Source of the DNA: Octopus vulgaris
Taxonomy: Eukaryota
Length of the DNA: 64,000 bases
Reading direction: 5' to 3'
Assembly (NCBI GenBank): GCA_951406725.2
Contig: OX597818.1
Location: 62,434,001 to 62,498,000, forward strand
The notes under the pieces are model-generated. The model ran no database searches. It was not told the DNA's origin and saw only the letters and a list, made by a program, of their open reading frames with translations. Shown here piece after piece: positions 51,906-64,000 of this stretch; positions within the stretch are counted from its first letter, which is position 1; each line of letters starts with the position of its first letter. A program made the translations under genes and the position numbers.

Positions 51906-52506
51906 CAGTGTGAGTTGGAAGTGTTGGTATTGTTACCGAAGTGCGTCTGTATAGTATGTGTAGTTTCTGTTGATTGTTTCCGTGTTGTTGCCTGTTTTAA
52001 TTGCTGTTAAAATTTGTATAATAGTTTTTGTTTGAAATCTATTGTGTGTGTTTTCCTCAGTAGGGGAGACACTATTTACTGGCAGGATGCCAAAAATTGT
52101 GTATTTATATGACGAGGATTCGACAGATTTGGAGGCCAGAAAAGTGGAAAAAGTATTGTTGGAAGATGTTACGGATTCGTCTGAGAGCGAATTCCCACCA
52201 CTGTCGAGGACTGACGTTGCAGGGAAGAGCGTCGAAGTGAAAAGACTTCAAACGGAGGAGGGTAAAGAGAAAAGAAGTTTGCGTCTGCAGCTGCAGACAG
52301 AACTCGCCAACTGTCGACGAAGAAAAGTGACGTTTTAATGTACAAAGACATGATAAAAATTCAAGACGGCGTTGTCAAGGTTCAACCCGCAGAAGAGCTT
52401 TTATTGACAGAGAAGAAAAAAACAATTACGTTTAAAACATACTGCCGAAAAGAAAAAATCGAGCGAGTAAGCGAGGAGAAGGTAGAAAAATGTCTAAATA
52501 TGTTCG
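51906..52506 (+). mobile_element. 5' UTR and ORF1 start of a second, diverged Tx1-type LINE in tandem
   Basis: GT-rich UTR. From 52087, MPKIVYLYDEDSTDLEARKVE..TDSSESEF and YKDMIKIQDGVVKV align by eye with the first ORF1. Confidence 0.85.
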
Positions 52507-53061
52507 AGAGGGAGGGGCATGATTTGAAAGCCACCTTCCCCTTAATGGAAAACACGGCAAAATAAAAAAAATGGTTTTAAAAGTCTGAACATTAAAACGG
52601 ATCTTTTCGGATTGAACGGCAGTTTTTTAAAATAATTTCCACGTAATTAAACACTTTAAAACTTCGTATACTGGTAGAATGTGTTTATAAAACATCTTTT
52701 TCTCTTGGCTTTATTGAGAAAATTCTATAGTTTGTAAGATATTTGTTGTTTTTTTTCTTCCATTTCTGCAATTTCAACCAATCAATGACGTCTATTGAGA
52801 TGAAACCATTCTGTGTCGTATAAATATGTCCCTCGTTTAATAAACAGATTGGGTTTATATACATTTGTGAAGAAAAAAAATATCCTTCCTTCCACCCCTA
52901 ACCCTAACTATGATGGGAGCCTCTTAATGTGTTTTAATGTACACGATATTTTATATGAATAATATATAGTCTATTGACTAAATTTTTTTGCGCTAGGCCA
53001 CTGGTAATAAAAAATTTCTATAATTCGTATTACCCTAATATTATTTCTTATATATATATAT

Positions 53062-53396
53062 ATCTTGGGCAAGTGTCTTCTGCTATAGCCCCGGGCCGAC
53101 CAATGCCTTGTGAGTGGATTTTGTAGACGGAAACTGAAATGAAACCTGTCGTATATATGTATATATATATATGTGTGTGTATATGTTTGTGTGTCTGTGT
53201 TTGTCCCCCTAGCATTGCTTGACAACTGATGCTGGTGTGTTTACGTCCCGTCATTTAGCGGTTCGGCAAAAGAGACCGATAGAATAAGTACTGGGCTTAC
53301 AAAGAATAAGTCCCGGGGTCGATTTGCTCGACTAAAAGGCGGTGCTCCAGCATGGCCGCAGTTAAATGACTGAAACAAGTAAAAGAGTAAAAGAGT
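53062..53396 (+). mobile_element. 5'-truncated CORE-like SINE
   Basis: ATCTTGGGCAAGTGTCTTC ... GAAACAAGTAAAAGAGTAAAAGAG. Confidence 0.88.
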
Positions 53397-53545
53397 ATAT
53401 ATATATATGTCTTTTCCCATATTATTTCCTTTCTGGATTTGTTACAATTTTTTCTGTACATATATGTACACACATACACACACACGTATACATACTGAGA
53501 TACATATATATGTATGTATATATGTAAGAATACGATCCAGGGATC

Positions 53546-53884
53546 TGATCAACGGAACAGCCTGCTCGTGAAATTAATGTGTAAGTGGCTGAGCACTCCA
53601 CAGACACGTGTACCCTTAACGTAGTTCTCGGGGATATTCAGCGTGACACAGAGAGTGACAAGGCCGGCCCTTTGAAATACAGGTACAACAGAAACAGGAA
53701 GTAAGAGTGAGAGACAGTTGTGGTGAAAGAGTACAGCAGGGATCACCACCATCCCCTGCCGGAGCTTCGTGGAGCTTTAGGTGTTTTCGCTCAATAAACA
53801 CTCACAACGCCCGGTCTGGGAATCGAAACCGCGATCCTACGACCGCGATTCCGCTGCCCTAACCACTGGGCCATTGCGCCTCCT
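53546..53884 (-). mobile_element. tRNA-derived SINE flanked by a 34-bp duplication
   Basis: GGAGGCGCAATGGCCCAGTGG head on the minus strand. GTATGTATATATGTAAGAATACGATCCAGGGATC at 53512-53545 and 53887-53920. Confidence 0.9.
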
Positions 53885-54427
53885 ACGTATGTATATATGT
53901 AAGAATACGATCCAGGGATCCGAGCTTACGTGATGGTAAGCTTCAAATAGTGAGTAAAGAGAACAAACAGTGGATAATGTAAAACAAGATAGAATAACAA
54001 TTTATTTACATTGAAAGTTACACATTTTCCCGCATATCGTCATTGCGTGGACATTAGATAAATTCATAGTTTCTATATAGCTCATAGTTAGCAACTAAAG
54101 CTGCTAAAATGCGAATGAAAATTCAAATTGGAGGAGTTGAACAAGTAAACCGCATGCTACATATGTTTCTTAACTTGCTGAAGCTAATGATGTGATAGTT
54201 ACGCAATGAGCTATGCTCAACGTTGCTAATCACCAGGCTGATATTACCTTGTTGAAATGAAAGTTACATTGTTGCCACAGTGGTGAGTTCAAGTGGATAA
54301 AACATCCAGAAGTTAAAAATTAAAATAAAAAGACATAAATTAAAAAAAGAGAAAACAAGCAATTCAAGAACTAGGTTAAGAGAACCAAGGAGTGATAAAG
54401 CAAAGCGTGAGGTATAAAATATGCCAG

Positions 54428-54510
54428 AGCGGAAGGCGAAAGTCTTTTCCCGCGTGACTTCCGGACCTCGGACCCCAGTAATTGTTTCATTTGAATACAG
54501 CCAATCAGAG
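54428..54510. promoter_or_regulatory. Candidate Pol II promoter motif cluster (ETS, E2F, CHR, CCAAT)
   Basis: CGGAAG 54430, TTTTCCCGCG 54445, ACTTCCGG 54457, TTTGAA 54490 and AGCCAATCAG 54499 within about 80 bp of non-repetitive, CpG-enriched DNA. Confidence 0.4.
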
Positions 54511-54649
54511 CTCACCTTGATCTTGTTGTCAAGTTAACAAACACACTTTACCAAGTAAACTCAAGACGCAGAACGGTGTTGTATGTCGACCGATCGCCAA
54601 GTTATGCATGATTTTAGGAGACAAATAATTAGATAGATTTGCATCAACA

Positions 54650-54682
54650 CCTGGGTTCTCATACCTAAGGTATTTTCGATGC

Positions 54683-54735
<53 letters not shown>

Positions 54736-54987
54736 GTATTATTCAGGTCACTGCCTGGAATCGAACTCGGAATCTTGGAGTTAGTAGCCCGCTCTCTTAA
54801 CCACTACGCCATATGCCCACGGGCATATGCTTCGAAGTTTCCCCAAGACAAGTTTCCCCAAGACACCTGATGAAGGCTGGAGGGTATATCAGCCGAAACG
54901 TTGTGTTAACAACAAACAAAATGAGGACAAATATCCGTCGAATGTAAATAATGTAAATAATTTCTCATCTCTTAAATACAGAACTGA
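54650..54987. mobile_element. tRNA-head/hammerhead repeat (family C), fold-back copy
   Basis: Minus-strand tRNA-like head (A box 54801-54811, B box 54757-54768), (AAT)n and linker; hairpin turn at 54810-54829; plus-strand hammerhead and tail. Confidence 0.82.
54862..54907 (+). ncRNA. Minimal type I hammerhead ribozyme motif (family C)
   Basis: GACAC-CTGATGA-A-GGCTG-GAGGGTATAT-CAGCC-GAAAC-GTT-GTGTT: canonical core, 5-bp stems I and II, palindromic AACGTT stem III. Confidence 0.8.
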
Positions 54988-55136
54988 GGTAACAAGTTTG
55001 TATTTATACACATTACTGCTTAGCGCTGACACCCCGTTATTATTATTATTCAGAGAAAATAGATTCATGAGAAAGTGACAAAACCACCACCACCACCATC
55101 ACCATCACCATCACCATCATCCCCACCATCATCATC

Positions 55137-55168
<32 letters not shown>

Positions 55169-56524
55169 CATCACCATCATCATTATCATCACCACCACCA
55201 CCACCACCACCATCACCACCATCATCATCATCATCATCAACAACGATCCATAGGCGCTTTCAGACTAAGTATTCGTAGGATCGAGTAATCGGTTTCGTGC
55301 CGTATGACAATGATCACGGCATAACCACTGATTGGGACCTTGATCCGCCCTCGGCTTATTCTTTTACAGCTGACTGAAATGGATAAACGTGAAATAAAAG
55401 AGTTTATTTGAATGACATAACACATCGCTTCCTCTGGACATTGAAACCATGACCTTGCAATCGTAAACGGAATTTGTACTAGGCCATACGACTTTACACC
55501 GAAAATCCGGTTTGCTGTATGTCATCCTGCTCTTTACGTTCCGAGTTCAAATCCAACTGGGGTCGAATTTATCTTTTATTTATGTGGGTCAAACAAATTA
55601 AAGAACTAATCGAGAACTAGGGCGAATGGTATTGTATGGCATTCTTTCCTCGAAACATCGCATTTTGCCTAAATTAGAAGTTATTATTCCGACACTAATC
55701 TCCATCTAATTGATGTAAATAGATACATCTGTGTGACAAAATCACGACAATCTACAATAGCTTGCTGTCAAGTTATGTCTGACGTGGTGGCCATTAATAT
55801 CTCTCCTTGTAGGAAACCCAAGTTTATGGTGTTTTAATCTTCTCTTTGTTCGGCTATGCTTAAATGGTACTAAATAATATCAACGTTGGCAAATTTTCTT
55901 TCGCATTCTCCTTGTACTACTACATCAATGTAAAATGAACAGATGAATTTAGCGTGGGAGAATAAATTGTAATAACATTTCATAACAAAAGCATTGAAAT
56001 TATCAACTTGAGTTAGAATAGTTCAGCGTCTCTCCATTGTTGAAGCGAAGCCTAAGGCTATGTTTTTGAATTAATAACTCTTGCATATATATCTAAAATT
56101 TTTTTTGACGTGTGTACTTTTCGGTTTTATATTTACATCTATGTTTTTCATTTATTTAAATGATTGCAATACAAGTATGATCGCAAAAATGATGAAATTC
56201 TGTGATAAATTTAGAATATGCGTTTTGTATTCTGTATTTATGCTGCTTTTCTCAAAGGGACAAAAACTGCCTGCCGGCGATAGAATCCGTTCAAGTTGAC
56301 AGGAAGGTTTACGAGTACTTTTCGATTAGCTCAGCATTAAATTTAATATAATATATAGTAATGTAGTTAGGAAATTAAAAATAAATAGAGAAGAATATTG
56401 TCGCGCTGGGTGTATTATAGAAATTTAATGTGAATACATCTGATATGCAATTAAGGCAATCTTTATCATTGTTGCCATAGAAAATATGCATCAGCGTCTA
56501 TCTATATATATGTACTCATACACA

Positions 56525-56555
<31 letters not shown>

Positions 56556-56632
56556 GTATATGTATGTATGTATATGTGTATATATATATATAAATATAAA
56601 TATGCGTGAGTGTGTGTATGTATATATGTTTG

Positions 56633-56683
<51 letters not shown>

Positions 56684-56740
56684 GTGTGTATGTATATATG
56701 TATGTGTGTATAAATATATACGCATGTGCTTATTTGTAGA

Positions 56741-56898
56741 TGCAAGCATAGTTGTGTGGTACGAAGCTTGCATCCCAACCACGTGGTTCCAGGGCTAGTC
56801 CCACTGCGTGGCACCTTGGTAAAATACCTTCTGCTGTAACCTCGGGCAGACCAGTGCCTTGTGAGTGGATTTCAGAGATGGAAACTAGAAAAAGCCCA

Positions 56899-56954
<56 letters not shown>

Positions 56955-57180
56955 ACGCATGCGAATGTCTTTCTTTCTGTCTGTGTTTGTATTTCGCCAC
57001 CGCTTCTCAAGCGGTGTTAGTTTGTTTACGTCCCGTAACTTAACCACGTAGCACAAGGCACCGAACAAGAGTACCAAGCTTAAAAAAGAAATAAGTACAA
57101 TTGTTGTTACGTTCGAGTAAGATTCTTCAGGGAAGTACTCCAGCATGGCCGCAGCCAAATGACTGAAACAAGTAAAAGCT
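56741..57180 (+). mobile_element. Degenerate full-length CORE-like SINE
   Basis: GTCCCACTGCGTGGCACCTTGG ... CTCCAGCATGGCCGCAG ... GACTGAAACAAGTAAAAG. Confidence 0.82.
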
Positions 57181-57183
57181 AAG

Positions 57184-57995
57184 TACAGATTACGGCAGAA
57201 AGGTCACCCCGATTTCAAAGGTTAATAAAATACAAACACATAAAATGCCTGAAAAGACTTTGAATTTCTATGAAGTACATTAAATGCTATTTTTGATTCT
57301 GTTTCAAGTGTTAGTCAATATGGCCTGGAGTGGAGATCATTGTCCATTTATTGTTGAAGAGTTTGTTAAGATCGGTGAATCAGTCGTAACGACGCAACAT
57401 TCCTTCCGAAGACCCTTTGCGCTTCGTCGTCATAATCCCGTACCGGATGGAAAATCAATTCGTCGGTGAGTTTCCAACTGTAAACAAACATCATCGGCTT
57501 TAAACAGGAAAAGTCCTGGTTGTCCTAGGACCGTTACAGGGCCAGAAAATGTCGTAGCTGTAGCAGCATCTATACAACAATCTCCCAGACGTTTCGCACG
57601 AAACCACGATTCTGCCTTACACATGTCCAATCGAAGTGTCCGCAGAATCTTGCATATGTTTCTTCACACGCATCCCTACAAGATAATGATTGTACAGTAT
57701 GTAAGCGAGAGGGATCACGAAACCCGCCCAGATTTGTGTCGAGACGTTCTCCAGACCATCCTCCCAACAGCTGTTCTGGTCTGCAGTGATGGAGCGCACA
57801 TCCATTTATCGGGGATGGTCAATAAACAAAACTTTCGTTACTGGTCAGACAATAACCATCGTGAACTCCACGAACGGCCACACGACAGTGCGAAGGTTAC
57901 CGTCTGGTGTGCCATGGGTGATTTTGGCGTGTGGGGTCCTTATATTTTCAGAGAAAAAGGTGTTACAGTAACTCTTACATCGGACCCCTATTGTG
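57184..57995 (+). mobile_element. Tc1/mariner (rosa/DD41D-like) transposase pseudogene, 3'-truncated
   Basis: ATG at 57320, in-frame stop at 57467, GCPRTV, HPYKIMIVQ, CSDGAHIHLSGMVNKQNFRYW and KVTVWCAM..GVWGPYIF. Ends at a SINE 3' fragment. Confidence 0.9.
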
Positions 57996-58143
57996 ATACT
58001 GCTTCAAAGGTTTCGCCGTCCAAAAGTCGTCCTGGGATCGATTTGTTCAACTTAGGGCGGTGCTCCAGCATGGCCGCAATCAAATGGCTGAAACAAATAA
58101 AAAATATATATACACATATATTGATACATATATACATATATTG

Positions 58144-58263
<120 letters not shown>

Positions 58264-58435
58264 CAAACAAGGACACTGAGATAGTGTCAGTCCTTCTGGT
58301 GACGTTGATCGCCTGGGGCTAAAAGCATCAGTAACACCCCACCACCCCGCCCAGTCCCTAGCCACATTCAGATGGCTGATACCCCTTACGTTGTCGAGCA
58401 GTTACTGTTTATATCTCGTTCAGAGATTTATTATT

Positions 58436-58475
<40 letters not shown>

Positions 58476-61449
58476 GTGTTTGTGTATGTGTATTTACATA
58501 CATATAAATCATACAAACACACTCACACACACAAATACACACATAAGCATGCAAACACATATATTAGGGTGTTACCCTTCACATGACTGGTTATTTTATA
58601 AGTTTATTGATAATCGACAACAGAGCATTTTTCGATACTAAAAGGACCGAAGAATTTTTAGCATCATAAAATGTTTACTTTGCTGGGAAAAGTGAAACTT
58701 GTAGCTACTGTTTATTTTCATTTCTCTATTTCATATTTAAAACAAAAAAAATACTAGATTTGATCAAATTCCTTTCTAGCCTACTTCTTCCTCTTCTTCA
58801 TTTGAAGTATGTCTGTCCTTTGTCCCCGGAGAGGTTAAACATACACATTTATACAGAATATAAAAAGAAATGCTCTTAGCTGTATATCTATTTATGCACG
58901 TTTACACTGCAGCTAGAATGGTTTACTAACAAATGAAATAAAATTAAATTCTTACATTACGAATTAAATTACAAAAGTTTATAAATATAATACTTAGAGA
59001 CTGTGAAGTGCATTAAAAAAATTTTTTTTTGAGCCGAAAGACATTTAAAGCTGGCTACTCGGTTTCCATTGGGTGTATGTGGCTGAGCTCACAACGTTCC
59101 ATCTGGCTGGACACTGACCCTTTGTAGGGCTCAAGGCCAGCAATTTTGATGGGATGGGTAAGTGGGTTGCATCACTCTGAGTACTTGGTTCCTACTTGAT
59201 TCCCTCGATGTCGAAGGGACAAAAGACAACGTTGACCTTGGCTGGATTTGAAATCAAAACTTAAAACGCCAGCAGACGTGCAGTTAAACAGTTTTGTCTG
59301 GCACAGTATCAGTTCTGAGAGTCCACCATTAATAATTACTTAATTACACATATCATCATGTCATGTCTTCTCATGCAAATTAGGCGAAGCAGTTTAGCTG
59401 TAAATGATTGTATAAACCCCGCAACTTTAAAAGCTACTCTTTTTGTTTTCGCTGGGAAATTATTTTTCTGTAGAAATTAAAACAAGTCAAAATCGATCAG
59501 ATACTTGAAATGTTCTCTTCCCGCGAGAAGATAACAACATGTGGTGTAACCATTGTTTTCTTTACATGCTTAAATTAACATTTTGTATAAACAAACACAT
59601 CGTTTACGGCATAATATATACACAGACACAAACGCATACAATCACACATTTTCCTATAAAAAGAAATGGAAAATGACCTCGAAATCTCTTAGACTATTAG
59701 TGGCAGCAGACTGAAAGTACTCTGGTGGAAATGTTGGTTGTATGCTTATCCTGCTAGTGAGGGCTCATGACCTGGTGGTTAGGATGCTGCACTCACAATT
59801 GCGAGATTGTGGTTTCAATTCCTGGACTGGGTGGTGCGTTGCAATCTTGAGCAAAACCCTTCACCTCATGTTGTTCACCTCACTTTGAGATATAAAGTGT
59901 GACACACCATGCGCTTTTTCAGACAACGTTGATTTGATGGAGGGAGTAAACTGAAGGGCATCACATATATTCGATCACCATAAAAAAATCCTTTGAGCAG
60001 GTTGTTTACCACCAAACTGCTGAACCGCCTCTTTCTGGGACTACGAGAAACTACTTTCAATCACATGAGTTGCCCGTAAGCGGGTTAATAGAACCTCGAT
60101 GTTACAGAATCTGTGCAAAAGTAAAATTGAATTAAAAACGATATGATTTATCATATATTTTCACATTTCTAGGTTAGGGTATTGAGGTGTTAGCTGAAGC
60201 CGAGGAGCTGCTATTGAATTTCTGAGTTAAATCGATTCATTCTTGTGGTAATTTTATTAGTGGAGAATTTTGTGATGGTAGAAATCACTCAACCGTGAAA
60301 CTAAGCCAGACCTTGAAATATACCGCACACAGAAAAATGATGCATTATAAACATTTACAACTCAAAAGTTCCCATCTATTTATATACATCAACACATATA
60401 CACATAGAGACATCTAACCCCAGCTGTGTATCAGAGTGCAAATACATGAAATGAAAGACTTGGATGATGCCACACTTGCATAATTCGCTTTTATGTATGC
60501 ATAGAAATGTTCATATGCGTATACATATGTGCATACGTATACGCAATACATACATGCATACACATATACTTACTCACACAGAGAAATATGGATGGATTAA
60601 CCTGGGCTTGCTGAAAAGCTACTGGCTTTTAGGGTATTGCAAATTATCTGGTTTGTGGCCCAATACTCCGAGTTCTTTTGCAGGGCTTAGAAAAACTGAA
60701 GGACCGCTGCAATAAGTGTGGGAATCTGAGAGGGGAATATGTTGACTAAAATCATAATATACTGATCCTTCTGTATATTTTTTTTTACCCAAAGCCAAGA
60801 ACATGTAAACACTTCCTCGTAGATAAGAAGGCAGCATTTTTGAGGGCAGGGATAAATCGATAGACAAGTTCTTAAATACTACTTTAATTTATGAACTCTG
60901 AGGAATAAATGGTAAAATTGAATTTGGTGGGATTTGAACTCAGAATTTAAAGGAGCAAAAGAAATGCTTGAAAGTCATTTTCCCGGCATTCTAACTATTC
61001 TGCTAAAGTTAAGTTGCTTAGCAACCACTCGCAAGCGAGTATGACGTGATGGCTTGTATCATACTTTTGCTAATTGTTTAGAAAGGGTTTGTAGTCAAGT
61101 GACATAGACATCTTCTCGTACTTCTTACCATCGACCTAGCGACATATTGAAAATAAGCAGTTCGTAAGAAAGAGAGAGGGGAGAAAGAAAAAGAGAAAGG
61201 AAAGAGAGGTAAGAAAGAGCTGTCCCTGTTGGTAATTTGTCTCAGGTGCGCAATCTGAAGCAATAGGTAGCACTTTGCACAATGGAACAACGCATCGGGA
61301 ATCGAACCCATGATCATTTGAACCGACATCCTGACCATCAAGCCATGTACTTTGATGTAAATCATATGCATGCATCATATACAGTTAAGCCATCATCGGT
61401 CTGCCCAAAGAAGTCTTGGCAAGCCGAAATTTCGAAGTTATTGTGAATA

Positions 61450-62520
61450 TAGTTTTTGCTAAATTTTGTTGAAGAACCGTATCTCGTTCGTAGGGGAGAG
61501 GTCACAGGAACGAGAATGGGCCCCAGTTATGCTTACCCGTTTGTTGGCTACGTTGAGGCCCAAATATTTTCACAATTCACTGGTCACCCTCCCGAATTAT
61601 ACGGTCATTATATCGATGACTGTATCGGCGCAACCTCACCCTCTGTCCTCTCCTTTGTCTAATACTTCCATCCTGCTCTCCAATTCTCCTCAACCATCTC
61701 AAACTCTTCCGTCGAATTTCTCGACATTTCTGTCTGCATGGACCACTCTGCTCTCACTACCTCAATCCACTCCTATCTTAACTTCTTCCTCTTCCCAACC
61801 TGCCTACATCAAACTCTCCATCCCCTATTCCCAAATTCTTCCTCTATGCAGGCTCTGCAATGACGATCATGGCTTTGAGACTCAGTCTCCGCTCATAGCT
61901 CGTCGCTTCATCCTACCTTGATATCCCCTCACCATTATCCACACTGCCCTTGTCCGGGCACGATCTGTGGACCCCATACTTCTGCTCTTTCTCATCGCAC
62001 TCGTCCCACCCTTACCCTTCTCCCGTTTCTCTTCACCTCCCACCCCTCCTACGCACCATTCTTCGAGCCTTCTGGCGACTTCAATCCGACCCCTCCACCG
62101 CGCATATCTTCCCTAACTCCCCTTCAAACGAACCTACCTGACCTAGTCCACAGCTTCTTCCCTACCTTAACCTCCTAACCTGGCACCCATCACAGTCCCT
62201 ATCACGTCACCTAATCGTTTAGCTGCACCTCTAGTAATGCTATTTACTACATTTTCTGCTCTCTCACTCTCTATCTCTGTATTTCCCTGTATATTGGTCA
62301 ATAGAGAAACCGCTTGGCTGACCAGTTCGCGGCGCAACTCCGAGACATTAGACTCGCCAATGACACCCCGGTCACGTGCCACTTCCGCGCTACCGGTCAT
62401 TTGCTACAACATCATTCTGTATTCGGACTGTCTCTGCACAGGGGTCACCCGGTCTCCCGCCTCCGACGTGAATAAGAATTAATCTTCTCTCTTCGTTTCT
62501 TTGCGCCATATAGGCTCAAC
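61450..62520 (+). mobile_element. Degraded Penelope-like element (RT + GIY-YIG)
   Basis: GTRMGPSYAYPFVGYVE, YGHYIDDC, EFLDISV, SIPYSQILPLCRLC, then CTSSNAIYY ... LYIGQ ... RLAD in the endonuclease region. Confidence 0.88.
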
Positions 62521-62814
62521 TCACCTCCTGTCTCCATCTGACACCAGCCACACCCTGATTCCCACATATTTCCCTTATTCATCAGCCCCATCTCCACCAA
62601 CACACCTTCAACAGCCCAGCTTGGTACCCTCAACACGCACCACTATACACACATCCATACACACTGTTCAAATCATCACTCACTTCACACTCTATTACAC
62701 ACACACGCATCAGACTCACTCGCTCCCATTCACACATATACACGCACACTCTCTCACACACCATTCTCTCTCACATAAATATACACGCATACAAACAAAT
62801 ATATATACATATAT

Positions 62815-62960
62815 ACGACGGGCATCTTTCAGTTTTCTTCTGCCAAATCAACTCATAAGGCTTTTGGTCAGCCCGAGGCTATAGACGACACTTGCCCAAG
62901 GTGCCACGCAGTGAAGCTGTAAGTATGTGATTGGGGAACAAGCATCTTACCACAAAGCAA
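62815..62960 (-). mobile_element. CORE-like SINE 5' half; further degenerate copies at about 43110-43460 (+), 45275-45500 (-) and 63660-64000 (-)
   Basis: CACTTGCCCAAGGTGCCACGCAGTG and CTTACCACA match the reverse complement of the family. Confidence 0.75.
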
Positions 62961-63276
62961 CGCTTGTACCTATATATACGCACATATATATCCAGAAAAT
63001 TATTAGCAGGTGTAAATATGTCTAAGAGTACATTTTATACACATATTAACTACAGTGGAAAATTCAAGTATACACGGCTACACCCACTCACGTATATATA
63101 CCTGTCATATATATGTGTATTTATATTTTTTTTAAATACATATATTTATGTTAAATACACACTCACTTGTACACATCTACATACAAATATATATGTTTAT
63201 TCCTATGTGTGTATGGTTAGTGTATATATATATATATATTTGTGTGTGTGTATATGTGTATATATATATGTGTGTT

Positions 63277-63325
<49 letters not shown>

Positions 63326-64000
63326 ACTACATACGTATGTACATCCGTTGTATGCTGTGATTTGTCCTAATTCCTGTTTGAAGATTATAATTTCAGAACA
63401 GGCCCTACTGGTGATCAAAGATCTCACAAGACTGCCGGTAAAATATTGTTTAATTCAAACGAAAGTCACAGATGAATAGGCTTTTCCAGTATTTACATAA
63501 TTTAATATATTAGCCTCTCTATGTTGCTGTTCACTGAGAAACTGGCGAGAATTATATTTCAAAACGAAAGTCACAAACATATTGATGCTCATGCTGAAAA
63601 ACCTACACACACATCCGTATTCGCAGAAGCAGCAATTTATCGTTAATATTTTACATATTTCAGGCATTGGACTGCAGCCATGCTGGGGCACAGCCTCGAG
63701 GAGTTTAGTCGAACAAATCGACTACAAGAGTTATTTTAAAATTCTGGTGCCTATTCTATCGGTCTCTTTTGTTGAACTGGTAGGTTTGAGTATATATACC
63801 CATACTGGTTGCCAAGCCGGGGCAAACTCAAATGGAAATACACACATACATAAACGATTGGCTTCCTACCCAGTTTCCGTCTTCCAAATTCTCTCACAAA
63901 GCATTAGTCACATCAGAGCTATAGTTGACATTTGACCAGGATGCCGAGAAGTGGGGTTGAACCTGAAACCACATGGCTTCAAAGCGAGCCTCTTAACAGC

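Noticed and set aside
52510-52545. Possible Kolobok-like terminus (GCCACCTTCCCC|TTAA) truncating the second LINE
   Set aside because: No matching second TIR could be found in the window.
52895-52908. CCCTAACCCTAA telomere-like motif
   Set aside because: Only two units, inside an unclassified repeat; not an interstitial telomere array.
54745-54818. Possible genuine tRNA gene (ACT anticodon loop)
   Set aside because: The acceptor stem is poor, there is no T-run terminator, and the sequence is part of a repeat also found at 21571. Treated as a SINE-like head.

Overview
AT-rich, repeat-saturated eukaryotic DNA with no intact host protein-coding gene visible. Almost all long ORFs in the track are microsatellite artefacts. 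The SINE and microsatellite landscape looks like a coleoid cephalopod (Octopus-like); this is inferred from repeat style, not from a database hit. The window holds dozens of tRNA-derived SINEs of at least four families, degraded Penelope-like elements (RT + GIY-YIG), a Tx1/L1-type LINE followed by the 5' part of a second one, R4/Dong-like and Hero-like remnants, Tc1/mariner fragments and MITEs, a canonical non-autonomous Helitron, and several long palindromes. Two systems stand out. (1) A Tx1-type LINE and a Nin-domain SINE variant share a 3' tail and both are followed by GGTATT(TCGT), a motif inside the SINE's own head. This suggests a sequence-specific LINE/SINE pair that targets the SINE itself and builds tandem arrays. 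(2) About six distinct short non-coding repeats carry minimal type I hammerhead ribozyme motifs, some with core variants; one family reconstructs as tRNA (Pol III) head + (AAT)n + hammerhead + tail. Coordinates were read by eye and element boundaries are approximate.
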